DNA of 64,000 nt, taken from the NCBI GenBank assembly GCA_977016875.1, contig CDRNST010000020.1:5332001-5396000 (forward strand). Direction: 5' to 3'. This stretch comes from Pavona decussata (Eukaryota). The notes beneath the pieces are model-generated. The model was given only the letters and a program-made list of their open reading frames with translations, was not told where the DNA came from and did not search any database. Position numbers and translations under genes: made by a program. Position 1 is the stretch's first letter. Each line of letters opens with the position of its first letter. Shown here in pieces: positions 22,020 through 33,807 of the stretch.

Positions 22020-23850
22020 TTTTTTTTTTATTTTCACTTAAAGCACAAATACTAGAGTAATACAAACAAATACAAAGTTAATTACACTAACGCTAATTTA
22101 TAAAATAACATTACATTACATTCACAGTCAGGTAGATTTAATTTATGGTGTGGTTATATAATAATATAAACCTATATAATAATTTGTACAAATACTTATA
22201 CATCAATTTTTTTTTTTGGTAGAATGTCCGTGTATACAATTGCATATATAACTATTAATACCAGATGCCCATCTATTGAGATGTTATTACGATAACATGT
22301 TTTCCCATTTTTTATAATAAATAGATCCTATTTTATTCTTTTTTGCAATTAAAAATTCAAGTTTCCGAGTTTCAGATGTTTTAGTCTTCAGTAAGGATAC
22401 AGGCGGCTTGATATTTTTACAAAAACATGAATAAATGGTATATTTCCCAAGAATGATTATGTGATTTAACAAACAGTTCCCAGGGTTATTATCGGAAATA
22501 CCAAAGAGGATTGTTACCTCATCAAGCTTATCAATTTTCATATTGTAAGTATTTAACCAAGAAATAACCGAAAGCCAAAAGTTTTTTAGTGTAGGTACAG
22601 CTGATTAGAAGATGCTCAAGAGTTTCTTCGTGATCTCCACAAAAGATGCACACCGAAGAAGGAACCAAATTCATTTTATATAGGATTTTATTGGTGTAGA
22701 GAATACGATTTAGGATTTTGTATTGAAAGGCTCTCGTTCTGGTATCAAGAGTGACTCGACCCGGCAATAGATAAATATTTTTCCAGTCTATAGTACCTGA
22801 AGTATTATATACGGAATTAAACTTAGATTGGGCAGTCGGAGAAATCTGGATTCGTTTGACCAGGGTGGAATAGATTGATTTTGAAGTCATTCTAGTTATA
22901 TCTTGAACACCGTCTGAAACAGTTTTGTCAATTCGGTTGTTATTATTCTCTCCATCTTTGAGGAGCAGTTTCCAGTTTGGCGGAATGGCGGCAAAAATGC
23001 CTTGTAGGAGTAATTAATCTGACAAGGAGAGATTTTTCTCTCTAAAAGCATCCCACCTTTTTAATTTTGAGTCGTTTGAGAGAATATTTCCAAGTTTCAC
23101 AAAACCTGCTTCTTTTATTCTCTTGTTGTATGTTGATTTCTTGTTCATCAAGAGGTTCTGGTTGTTCCAGATAATCACATTTAAAACGTCCTGTTTTGTA
23201 GCTATTATATCGTGACTGCCATTAAAGTCAGATCAAACTTCAAGACATTCTTTATAAAAAAAGTTAGTTTACAGGGTAGGTGCAATGGATTGAAATTGGA
23301 CTGAAGCAGAAAACTGGTTCCTACATTCTTAAGATAGTGAGAAAAGAAAACTACTATTATCATCTAAATACCTCGCAAGAAACACAATTCTTTGAGTTTT
23401 AATTAAAGATTCAGGGTGAGGCATTTTGAGGCCACCGTCGTCGTATTCACTAATTAAGGCCAATCTTTTGATTTTGTCTTTGCCTCTCCACACAAAATTG
23501 AATATCACAGAATTTATGCTTTTAATTATATCCTTATCAAAAGAGATAAAGGAGGCTCGATACATAAACTTAGGCATAGCAAATGTTTTGACTAATTGAA
23601 TTTTACCAATTAATGTTAAGTTTCTCCATTGCTAGCAACTTAAAAGGTCGAAGTTAAGCTCTCTACTTTTACGCTGATCATAAGTGAAAAATATACGTAG
23701 TATTTTAATTGGCTCATTCACCTTATTAATATCGAAAGCTTCGTGATTTCGATAGGAACTTCCTAACCAGTAGGCTTCTTTTTTGTCCGTATTAAGTTTA
23801 AGCCCTGAACATTCACCATATGTGTTCAATAAGGAACTAAGAGAGTCATG
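22020..23850 (-). mobile_element. 5'-truncated L1/Tx1-type LINE (ORF2 C-terminal part, 3' UTR, A-tail)
   Basis: GLKLN..K, FVWRGKDKIKR..GGLKMP, zf-RVT FQYKILNRILYTN..CIFCGDHEETLEHLLISC; T-runs at 22020-22029 and ~22206-22218. Confidence 0.88.
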
Positions 23851-23859
23851 AGATACCTT

Positions 23860-25000
23860 CCAAGCATGGTTGACCAAAGGTCGCTGCAACAGCAAATCTG
23901 TAGAAAAGCGATCGGTGACACAGGTCCCCAAATAAACAGGATGCGTAATATAAAGTGTTAAATAAAACATGAGACAAAAACCACTAGCTACCAATAAAGA
24001 AAAGTAATAGGGGTGAGTGGGGAAGTACCAAAGGACAAACGCAAACACCGTAAATTTACTTAGCAAGCATTGTTTAAGCCTTAATGATGGTGCCTCGATA
24101 GCTGCGATACAGCCAATACTGGTCCACGGAATTCACGTGAATGCCATCGGGCAAATATGGATCAGAGCTGGGTTCGCAATTACTGACATGGCGCCAACAG
24201 AAAATGCTATCTTGCTTACCCAAAACAACTCTCAGGTAATTGTTTAAAATCGGCACCGCCTCGTTGAAATCCAACCCATGTGGATAAGTTGTTCCACGAG
24301 GGAGGACCTCACAGACGCCAATGATTTTCACTGCAAAGGAACAGCAAAGGAAACGAACAAAATCATCAATAGCGGAACCTACGACCTCGGCTGCACTGAC
24401 ACTTAAAAATCATTGGTTCCAATTTCTAGAAAAGCAATGTCTGGGGCAAACTCAGTAGTGACGCCCAGGTCATATTTAATCAATTTCTGGACCGTGCATC
24501 CGCCATGTTAATGCACGTGGACTTGACCCTGTAGGTTAAAAGTCTTGGAGGTTCGCGGATCGAAATTGTTCTTAAGGTCATAAGTTAATCGATGTACGAA
24601 AGAATGACCTGAAAGGAGAACTTTTGGAGAAAGTGTAGTTTCCATCTCGCCAACAGAAAAATTGATTAGCCGCACACAGTCCGGAAATAAAGCAAGGCAA
24701 AACAAAACAAATGTGGGAACAAATGGTACATAAACGTAATGAAGGGAAACGTAATCCCAAAAAAAGAAAATTCAGAACACAATAAAGAGTAATAGAGGGG
24801 AAAAACCAGGAACCTGTAGATTATATAGCCTCACCTTGAAAGAACCAAAGCACGTCTTAATCCGCTGCTGAACTGAGATGAATGACTATGGTATGATAAT
24901 ATTGATCATATGACTGATGCAAGCACCTTACTTCCTCCCCAAGACCGAGGACCACTCGGACCAATTAATTTCTAACAAAGGCGGGAAAAGGCATAAAAAT
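23860..25000 (-). mobile_element. SGNH/GDSL hydrolase-encoding retroelement fragment (Ngaro/DIRS-like or LINE ORF1 esterase)
   Basis: Frameshifted pieces PKVLLSGHSFVHRL, EIGTND, PDGIHVN..LYRSYRG (SGNH blocks I, III, V). Confidence 0.65.
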
Positions 25001-25444
25001 TCTATTTTACGGGCAAATATTTTATTTATTACAAGAAGTTAACTACCCTTTCTCAACGTTTCTCCTTGTGAATACAATGTCTTGCTTTAAAATCTTAACT
25101 TCTCCGATGTGATGTAAATTTACAATAATGCCCTGCCACATGTTGCAGAGTTTTTATATTATTTGCTGTACTGATAATTATATTTCACTTATTCTCATAG
25201 TAATTTATTGTGGCATCTTTTTCCATGTTGCCCAGCTTCTTTATATTAATTTGCTGTTCTCTGGAAAAACTGTCCTTTTCTTTAAACTTAGGTTTCAATT
25301 CTGAATGTGATATGAATTTACAGTAATAAATTTCTTGTTTGACATGGCAAAGCTTTATGTATCTGATGAAGTCTTAGCTCAGAAAAAAAACATTTTCTTG
25401 AAACTTGCGTTTACAAGATACTCAGACCTTCATAAGCTTACAAG

Positions 25445-27720
25445 CTATTCAGACCTTAAAATGGCTATCTCATTCATTTTTGAAATAATTTCAGGCTTTC
25501 TTGATTTGTTTGGAAGACTGAGTTGATGCCCTGTGAGATCTGCAAGGAGTTGCACTGGGTCAGTAATTTTTAACTTCTTCAAGTCATTGGCTGACTGTGT
25601 TATGGTTTTCGTCTGCTGAGGATATCCAGCTTCATCAGGGGCTTTTGCAACTTCATATTTTTCTTGCTCCAAAGCTGAAATGTATGGTACTTTCCTTTCC
25701 GAGTCTTGTTTCCTTCTTTCGTACCAAAAACTGGAATTCCTTTTGACGTATTGACGGGGTTGTCTTTCGCAGGATCTTAGTGCCTCATGGCGCTTTTCAA
25801 CTAAAAGGAGACTGGTGCAGGCATCCCATCGATTTATCTTGCGATGGAAACATCATCTAAAATCATAATTCTTTTTTACGATTCCTAGTAAGAGAAGACA
25901 AATAAATTATAGGTAAGAGGCACACAAAGTTTTGTTTCAATTTTTATTCTAACTATAGTAAGGCTTTTGTATCAGTACATGGTTACAATATTCAAGGAAC
26001 AAGGCTAACATACCCACATTGTTGGTACAGTAACAGACAACTTCTCTAACTCAGTTCAATTATACAATGACAAAGAAAAAGATGACCTTGACCACTGAAG
26101 TGCATTAGTGAAGCATGGTTGGGTGGGGACATGGTAAACGATGGTATGTATGTAAGAAGTGATTATGGTTTCTGTGGTGTAGCCTGGTCCACTTCCAGCC
26201 ATTCGTGACAGGTAACCTCCCCAGTTCCTAGCCTGTTGAATAGAAATGAATTTAAATTGCACTGTTTGTAGCAAAGAGGGTGGTAAATGTTTTTGCTTTT
26301 GTAATTTGAAGTACTGATTTGTCGTTTTTGTAGGTGATCTCAGATGTAATAGTTTGTTAAGCAGCCTTAAGCCAGGATTATTGAATACCCCCACAGACCT
26401 TGTCTTGTAATTGTCCACATTTTCATCAGTGTGTCTCCTTGTTTATAACGTCAAGTATCTCCTGAAAATCCTGAAAAAAAGTTTTGATTTAAGCATTTGA
26501 GCAAATTTTCTATGTTTATCTAACAAGTTTAGCTGACAAACAGAAGTTGTCTGTTCAACGTGACATGCATTATAAGCAGTATTTTAGTCACTGTCCACAG
26601 CGTTTTGAAACACTGGTGCTCTTTCTGGTGGTAAAAGCTTTGTAAAATGACATGGAAGCTTTCTGAGAAGCAGCCGCTTCTCTCTGCCAAGTAGGGATGT
26701 CCACTCAAGTTTCTTTGCAGAATCCTTTGGCCTCCACACATTAAGGGACATTCCCAGTGAGCGCACTGTGGCGAGGAGAGCATCCAGATAGGTAGACTTC
26801 CTTGCTGAGGGGGTTTTACTTTGTTTTCTGTTTGACTTGAAAAGATGTAAATATATCAAACTACTGTTTTTAATTGGACAAATAAAATACCTTTTACTCA
26901 GAATGACGTTAGTTGAAAAAGTGAAAAACATACCTCATCTCTATCTAGAACTTCAAAAATAAGGCCAATTTCTAGGCGGTCCATCACTCTCAGCATTAAA
27001 TGTAGCTCATCAATCATGACATTGTCTAGAGGGATGTTGAAAATTGGCTGATGCTGGCATCCAGGCTGCTTGTACCAATCTGGACCCAGTTTTCTTTTCC
27101 TGTTGGATGTTTCATAATTAGTGCAGGAAACATCCATGTCGCACCTTAAGTTGAAAACATTGACATTATAAATCAGAATAAGGTGTCATACGTGTATTTT
27201 TTCTAATAACATAGCCAAGTCACCCCACAAATTGATGACTACTTCAAGATAGTACCTGTCTTTTTTGTGAATCAAGCACCAGATGCATGACTTGTTCGAT
27301 ATGGCTCCTTACATGCCCATTGCGAGAAGTAGAAACTATTGAAAAAAAAATATTCAAGGAAAGATGACCTGCATTCCTGGGATGATCTTTCAGTTATTGG
27401 ATATGTAATCTCATACTGTTTACATCTATTCAATAAGTTATTTTTTGCTCACATGTTCCCGTATTTTCTGCTTAAGTAAATCTTCTAGCGGTAACTCGGC
27501 TCCTGGTTGGTCACCTGGGGTTTTACTTATGCTCCATGATACATTCAATGTTGCTTGACAACCTTCCACCAGGTATGATCTGGGCAATGCCTTGTCCTGT
27601 TGGGTAAGCTTATGTAAGCTTCCCATGTAATGCAAAACTTATCCATGATGAACAAGATTGCTCTGATTTTTTCTTTGTCACCTTCAGGCAGCCTTTCATA
27701 TGCACACATTTTCTTGGTTA
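25445..27720 (-). pseudogene. Decayed multi-exon RAG1/Transib-like (RNase H-fold) transposase
   Basis: Ordered motifs CIWC, IDELHLMLR, WTSLLGREK, TSYIHTIVYHVP, FSGQG|IVKKN parallel RAG1 CTLC, IDALH, TNYFHKTLAHVP, ASEGNE; stops and frameshifts present. Confidence 0.7.
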
Positions 27721-27774
27721 TTGAGAGAAGGAAACAAATAATTTTTCAATTACAAATCATGTTTACTACACGTA

Positions 27775-28435
27775 ATCAGTTGAGAGTTGCTTTGATCTGA
27801 AATGAGGGAAAAATGTTTTACCCAACCACTTGTATGTCTTGAAGGTTACTGTTATAGTGGTTTGAAACTTACACCCACTTGTGAATTTCAAGTGTTGCTC
27901 ATATCATCCATGTTCCTTTCAGGATTGCTGTCCTACAGTAGTTATATTATTTGTTCACCCTTGCAGCTCTCTCCTTCATTTGTGTCATTCTGGCAGTCCC
28001 TCAGTGTAGTTAAACTCTCTTATCTTGGAGCAGGGTTTTCTTTTTCAGCATCATTTGTCAAGTAAGAAAAAATATGGCATTGATATTATAGTTTGCTACA
28101 AGTAACCAGTTGAAAGTTGTTTTGATCTGAAATGGGAGAAAATGTTTTTTCCCAACCACTTGTAAATCTTGAAGGTAAGAATTATAGTGGTTTGAAAGTT
28201 ACACCCACTTGTGAATTTTAGGTGTTGCTCATATCATCCATGTTCCTGTCAGGATGACTGTCCAAGTTGTATGATTTGTTTAATTATTTATTTATATATA
28301 CAGCTCACCCTTGCAACTCTCTCCTTAATTCATGTCATTCTGGCAGTCCCTCCGTGTAGTTGAATTCTCTTGACTTGTGGCAATGTTTTCTTTTTCAGCA
28401 TCATCCGTTAGGTCAGAAAAATATGGCATTGATAC
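27775..28435. repeat. ~330-bp diverged tandem duplication
   Basis: cagttga.agttg.tttgatctgaaatg...cccaaccacttgta...catatcatccatgttcct...aaaatatggcattgat occurs twice. Confidence 0.85.
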
Positions 28436-29169
28436 TAGAAATAACCAATGGTTAGGAAGTGCAGGCTAGAACACTTTTGAGTCGAGGATTTTCAATAAAA
28501 CTTTTGTTGAGCATTGAAATTGGTTGGCCATCGCATTGGGTAGTTACATTAAAAAATCTGCATGGCTCTGTTGAAGATGATTTCCAGTCTGTATAGCGTA
28601 CTGCGCAATCTTGTCATTTACATCCGGGATTCGATGGGTTGAAATGTTTCCCTGGTTCCTTGCCGAATTCTACCGTAAACGTTGTACGTTTTTTAAATGA
28701 GGAAATGCTTTTTCTGAAGTTTTCATTCGAAAGATTCAAGTACAATCAAGTATAATCTTGCGCAGCGAAGATATCTCAGAAGCGATCGTGTTACATTCCA
28801 CGAAAAAGCCGCAATCTTGGGTCAATCTTGTCCACGTGCTCCGGCGTAAGAGTCGATCGATTGGAAGGCTGCTCTGAATCGAATTTATAAAGCCAAACAT
28901 GCATATCTTATTCTGTGGCAAAATCGTAGGTACAAGTATGTAAACACTTACACTTTGGAATCCAGTGATATTACTGTTGTAAACCGTCGCAGAAAAATGC
29001 AAAATAAGCTGAGAATTTTAATGGCTGCTGAACAGCGAAGAAGGCAAGTGTTACTGGTGCTGACATTGGTTACATCCACTGTACACTTTGACGCCGATGT
29101 TCATCCAGTTCGAGTGTGATCTCTTCCACAACCTCAAGGGTGGTTTAATCTAATGTTAAACGTGCTCAT

Positions 29170-29860
29170 TCACAGCTACGACCCTTATTGGCACGAGCAC
29201 TCCAGAATGTCTTGACGAACATTTCAGCTTGTAGGGATACTCGATTCAGGGAAGCAGTTAGCATAGAGAAACGACTCGCAGTGGCATTGTGGCGTCTTGC
29301 CAGCGGGAATCCGTACAGAACTGTTGCCTCCACGTTTGGAATTGGGAAGTCTACTGCTGTCAAGATCATAAACAGTTTTATTGACGTCTTAAATGAACTT
29401 TATGAAGATTGGATTACATTTCCTGCATCAGTGCAAGAGACCTTTGAAGCCATTCAGCAATTCTCTGATAACACTCTGCTCAACATACCACAGATTTTAG
29501 GTGCAATTGATGGATCACACATCCCCATAAAGGTTCCTAAGCACAATAAAGAGAGCTATTTCAACCAAAAGCATTTTTACTCTATGAATCTCCAAGCAGT
29601 TGTGGCCTTCGATGGTCCGTTTTTAGATATATCAGCAGGTTTTCCAGGTAGCATTCACGACGCCAGGATACTGTGAATGCGTGGACTTTATGGTAGAGTA
29701 CTAAGGAACGACATTCTCCAAGGCCCTTACATAAATTTAACCGGTGTTTCTGTTGGCCCTTTAATTGTAGGTTATAGCGTCTACCCAATTTTCCCTTGGC
29801 TTTTTAAACCTTACCAGAATGTGCGTAAGTTAGACCCAACAAAAGTTCAATTTAACACCA
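29170..29860 (+). pseudogene. PIF/Harbinger (HARBI1-like, DDE_Tnp_4) transposase fragment
   Basis: RLAVALWRLASG..FGIGKSTA, GAIDGSHIPI, YFN.KHFYSMNLQAVV, PGSIHDARIL; stop at 29674-29676; C-terminus missing. Confidence 0.9.
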
Positions 29861-30507
29861 TTTACCCCATGGCGTATCAAGAAACTTTGTTAACCCTTAG
29901 CAAACACAATAAAGGAGACAATTGTTTATGAGAGAAGAATAAACTTTAATACATGAATGAATATACAGTAGCATGCAGTGAAAAAGAAATAAAAACCTTG
30001 CAAAATATCTATAGAAAAACTTTGAAATTTTTTTATATAATAACAATAAATAGGAAAATTTGTATACAAAATTTGAAAACTTTAAAAGCACGAAAAGGAA
30101 ATATTAAAAACGATACAAGATACGTACTAATTTTAAATGAAAAAATAATATTTATTTAATTTATGGGTATAAGTAACACAACGGTAGCAAGTATAATTAT
30201 TGCAGGAACAGTCCACTAAACTTTAAAACAAACTAAAAAATTTCTTCTTTTTGAAAGACACTCTGTGCCTTATAAAAATACGCACAAATTACGCACGTGT
30301 CGACGATTTCATCACCTGGGTGGGTGACAGTACAAACCTAAAAGGAAAAAAAATTGCTCAGGTTTAATTTACGTGTCGAAAGTAGAACCTGCATGTGCAA
30401 AGAACAATCATTACTTATACGCACACAGCTATAGGTTCGGGTTAATTCATTGGATTGCTTAAGTACTTAAGATTCGCTTTAACTACGCTTAGTTTCAGTT
30501 TTCACTT

Positions 30508-30750
30508 TCACTCTATAAGTACAATACTTACAAGTCCTTTACATTCCTGCATATATGTTGTCATTTCCCTTTCGTACGACGCACTGCAAGGTGCTGGAAA
30601 TTCCTGCAGGCAATGTGGACATCTGTTGCAGCTCCTAATGAGTGTTCTCATCCACCTTTTCATGCATTTCTTATGGTAATGCTGTCCGCAGCAATCTGTC
30701 TTGGGTAAATTCCAGCTCTCCTCCAAGCAAATGAAGCAAGTGCACAAAAT
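30508..30750 (-). pseudogene. RING-H2 zinc-finger fragment
   Basis: CFICL-x-CCGQHYHKKCMKRW-x-CPHC spacing. Confidence 0.6.
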
Positions 30751-31189
30751 CTGAAAAATATTTCGGAAAGAAGTATTGCTACCTTGAACATCAAAGGACC
30801 ACCTTTAAGAGCCGTCCATGCTCTCTTGAAACAGCGCTATCTTTTCTGTGCGCGCTCTTTGAAACCGCACAATCATAGAAACAACAAAAAGTTTTATGCA
30901 CTTGGAAAAATATGATTTAAACACAAACACTTTCAAACTAGCACAGGTAGAACTCAACGGTGAATGTAAACGAAGAGTAAGCACATGGACTTTAATTACG
31001 AGTCTGTAACTGCAGGCTAGCTTGTAGCTGTCCAGACTGTTGCAAAATTATCGCATCAGTACGTGGTTGTGCACTTGCAACTGCAATATGCCAGTGAAAT
31101 TCCCTGTGACACTACTCCTTTAATAGCCAGGGCATATTAAGTAAATTAATATTAAATAAATATAAGTAAATACCTCGATATGTTTCAAT

Positions 31190-32090
31190 TCAGTCAGCTC
31201 TAGAGATATTCAATGTAATTCTTTGGTTCTCTTCATTGATGTTGACTCGAGACCACAGTACATCTGTGTAGTACGGATGTGGCATTCTGTCACTTTCCTT
31301 AAGAAGTAGAAGGAGATCTTTAGTCAGTGCAGACTTGGTTGCCCTGGTGGTGACCTTCATGCCATAAGCCCTGCACAGAGACTGCAACTGATTCTTTGTG
31401 AAAACTTTGGTAAATGCCTTTTCACCAAATTTCTCTGCATACTGTTGTAGCTTCACATGGCTGGTGACTTTGCCAGGAGATCTGTCGCTTGCAATCTCAG
31501 GAAAAGGTACAGACGCCTTTCTTTTTTCCATTACTTGCTTCCTCTGAAGTACAATTTTCCTATGCTCTGCTGTCTTCTTCAATCTGTATAGTGTACGTCA
31601 TGTATTTAACAATTATTTCTCGGCTTGAATCTGTGTGTTTCTTGCAGGGATTAGTTTACAAAAATAACATTTTCAGCTCCCAGCCCACATTTTCAGTACC
31701 GCATCCAATCAGAATGGAGCAGTCAAAGTTTCTGTTTCTGCAACTAAGCATTGTCCTTGACTTGTTTTGTCGATTCTTTGTCCTTACATGTCTTATGTAA
31801 TGACCTTGTGATCCGCTTTTAGTTTTAATATTTTTTAACTGCACATACAATTTTAAGCCATTCTCTCTTTTTATTATCATTGTTAGTTTTATGTATTTTC
31901 GTGGTATGTCTGTAAAGTAGCTGATTAGCTAAGAACATTTACCTTGTAAAATAAAGGTATTGTTGTTATTGTACTCCTTTGCTTAGGTTTGAAGAAATTT
32001 ATTTCCATGACGTGGTTGTTGTAGGCATGAACAGCCAAATGTCTGCTGCCAATTTCTGCTTTGCACGATGTCCTCCATTAGTTTCATTAA
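31190..32090 (-). pseudogene. 3' exons of an unidentified (probably TE-derived) gene with SAP-like C-terminus
   Basis: 130-codon ORF 31190-31582 (FTKNQLQSLCRAYG..TKSALTKDLL) after an AG acceptor; short upstream coding-like stretch near 31975-32090. Confidence 0.4.
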
Positions 32091-32410
32091 AGCTGGTTCC
32101 TCAGGAAGATGAAGTAAATATTCACTTCGACAGAGTTCATAGGCTATCATTGCGTCAAGCGTCTTCTAACTCCCCGAATGTCAAACCACGTCCTATCATT
32201 GTCAAACTCTCCGACTTTCACAACAAACAGTTTATCAAGTCCTTCATCAAAAATCTTACCAAAGGCTGCAACTTTGGAATTTCTGATGACTTTCCTAGAG
32301 AGGTGCAAGAAATCCGGAAAAAGTTATATCCTGTGCTGAAAGCCGCCAAATGAGAGAAGCAAATTGCGTATTTTAAAGTAGAAAAACTCATTATTGATAG
32401 ATCGGTTTAA
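32090..32410 (+). mobile_element. LINE (L1/Tx1-like) ORF1 C-terminal fragment
   Basis: IHFDRVHRL..PRPIIVKL..GISDDFPREVQEIRKKLYP..AYFKVEKLII. Confidence 0.75.
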
Positions 32411-32451
32411 TCCCTGAAAAAGATGGGAAATATCAAGACAAGCAATAAGAC

Positions 32452-33378
32452 TTTTTTTTTCAATATTTATTTAAAGTAACACATCTTTAACAAATTACAC
32501 GTATAACAAATTACACACTGCAACGACAAAGTACTCTACTATGGCCTCCGATATTACAATAAACATTGCTTATTTACACCAGGTGTTACATACATTAGGA
32601 AAATGAATATAATAAAATAATAAATTAATTCTGAATATAACGAAACAAAAACAAAACAAAACACACAAAAAAACGAAAAAAGGTTAATAGCATGAGGATG
32701 GGGGAGAAGGAACGATTTCTGATCTTAATTTAATACAGTAGTCTGTAAAGTTTATGAGGAGCATAATCACGTTGCTAGTTTTTCTTAGGTGTTAAATTAC
32801 AAATTTTCAACTTTGTATTTATAATTGATTCTAGTAATAAATTCGTTTAGTACAAGTGAATTGTTCTTTAGTTTACTTTCATACACATAGAATTTCATGA
32901 AGAGGAGGGTGCAGTTGAATTTTCTCACTAGCTTCTTGTATGTTGGGTGCTTAAAGGTGGCAAAAAGCATTTCCTTTGTATCTGGTTGAAAGTTAGAAAC
33001 ATTCTGATTATTAAACCAATAAATGACTTTGTTTGTAAAGGTTTTTGTAAATTCGCAGTCTACAATAGTGTGATTTATGGAATCTGGCTCACCGCAGTAA
33101 ATGCAGTCACTGTTTGTATTTATCCCATATCTAAAGAGTTCTTTCTTTGTGATGACAATCCTATGAATAAATTTGAATTGAAATTCTCTCAACTTATTTT
33201 CTTTGCATATTTTTGAAGCCATTTTAAAAACATCTGTCCAATTCTCTGTGTGTATTGAAATATCTCTTTTCCATCTTTCTGGGCCAGTGTGAGGCGATTG
33301 GTGTTTCTTAACGAGAAGTAGGCGATAATAGTCTCTTGCCCTATACGTTTCAAAATTGATTTGACTAGTTTCGCTCAG
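32452..33378 (-). mobile_element. L1/Tx1 LINE, piece 3 (3' end)
   Basis: zf-RVT FQFKFIHRIV..CIYCGEPDSINHTIVDC, stop at 32797, AATAAA then A-tail at 32452-32460. Confidence 0.9.
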
Positions 33379-33772
33379 TGTAACGGCCTCTCAACCGTTT
33401 AGGCATTGCGTTACGCAACGAGACACATCATGTGTCATGACATCTTTTCATACGGGACTGTTAAAGCTCCAAGTGGAGCTGAGACGTCGCTAAACGTCTT
33501 GACTAGGTTTTAGCTTCGCTCGAAGCGACAGTAATTTCTCACGCAACCCGTGCAGATTAGTAGCCTTACAGTCTTTGACGGTCTTGTATGCGGTTCAACA
33601 GTAGGACTACCTCAAGCTGTATGTATGTTTGTTGATTTTCTGCCTTTCGGTGATCGCCTGATCTCAGTTAGTGACTTAAAATAAACAGAGCCGATACGGA
33701 TTATGTTAGACTTTTGGCCTTTGTAATCGTCGTTTCCGCGCGCCCTTCTTAGAAAGAAAAGCGGTCGCCACA
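33379..33772 (+). repeat. BEL-B 5' LTR
   Basis: tgtaacgg...gtcgccaca; AATAAA at 33680-33685. Confidence 0.96.
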
Positions 33773-33783
33773 GTCAAAGACTG
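33773..33783 (+). promoter_or_regulatory. Non-tRNA primer-binding site, complementary to LTR 33569-33579
   Basis: GTCAAAGACTG abuts the LTR end and is the exact reverse complement of CAGTCTTTGAC in the LTR. Confidence 0.7.
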
Positions 33784-33807
33784 GAAATTCCTCACGGATA
33801 AAAAAAC

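Noticed and set aside
28960-29200. Head-to-head RAG1-like and Harbinger transposases as one two-gene system
   Set aside because: The Harbinger piece is truncated at both ends and no shared TIRs or TSD were found; juxtaposition by insertion or deletion is simpler.
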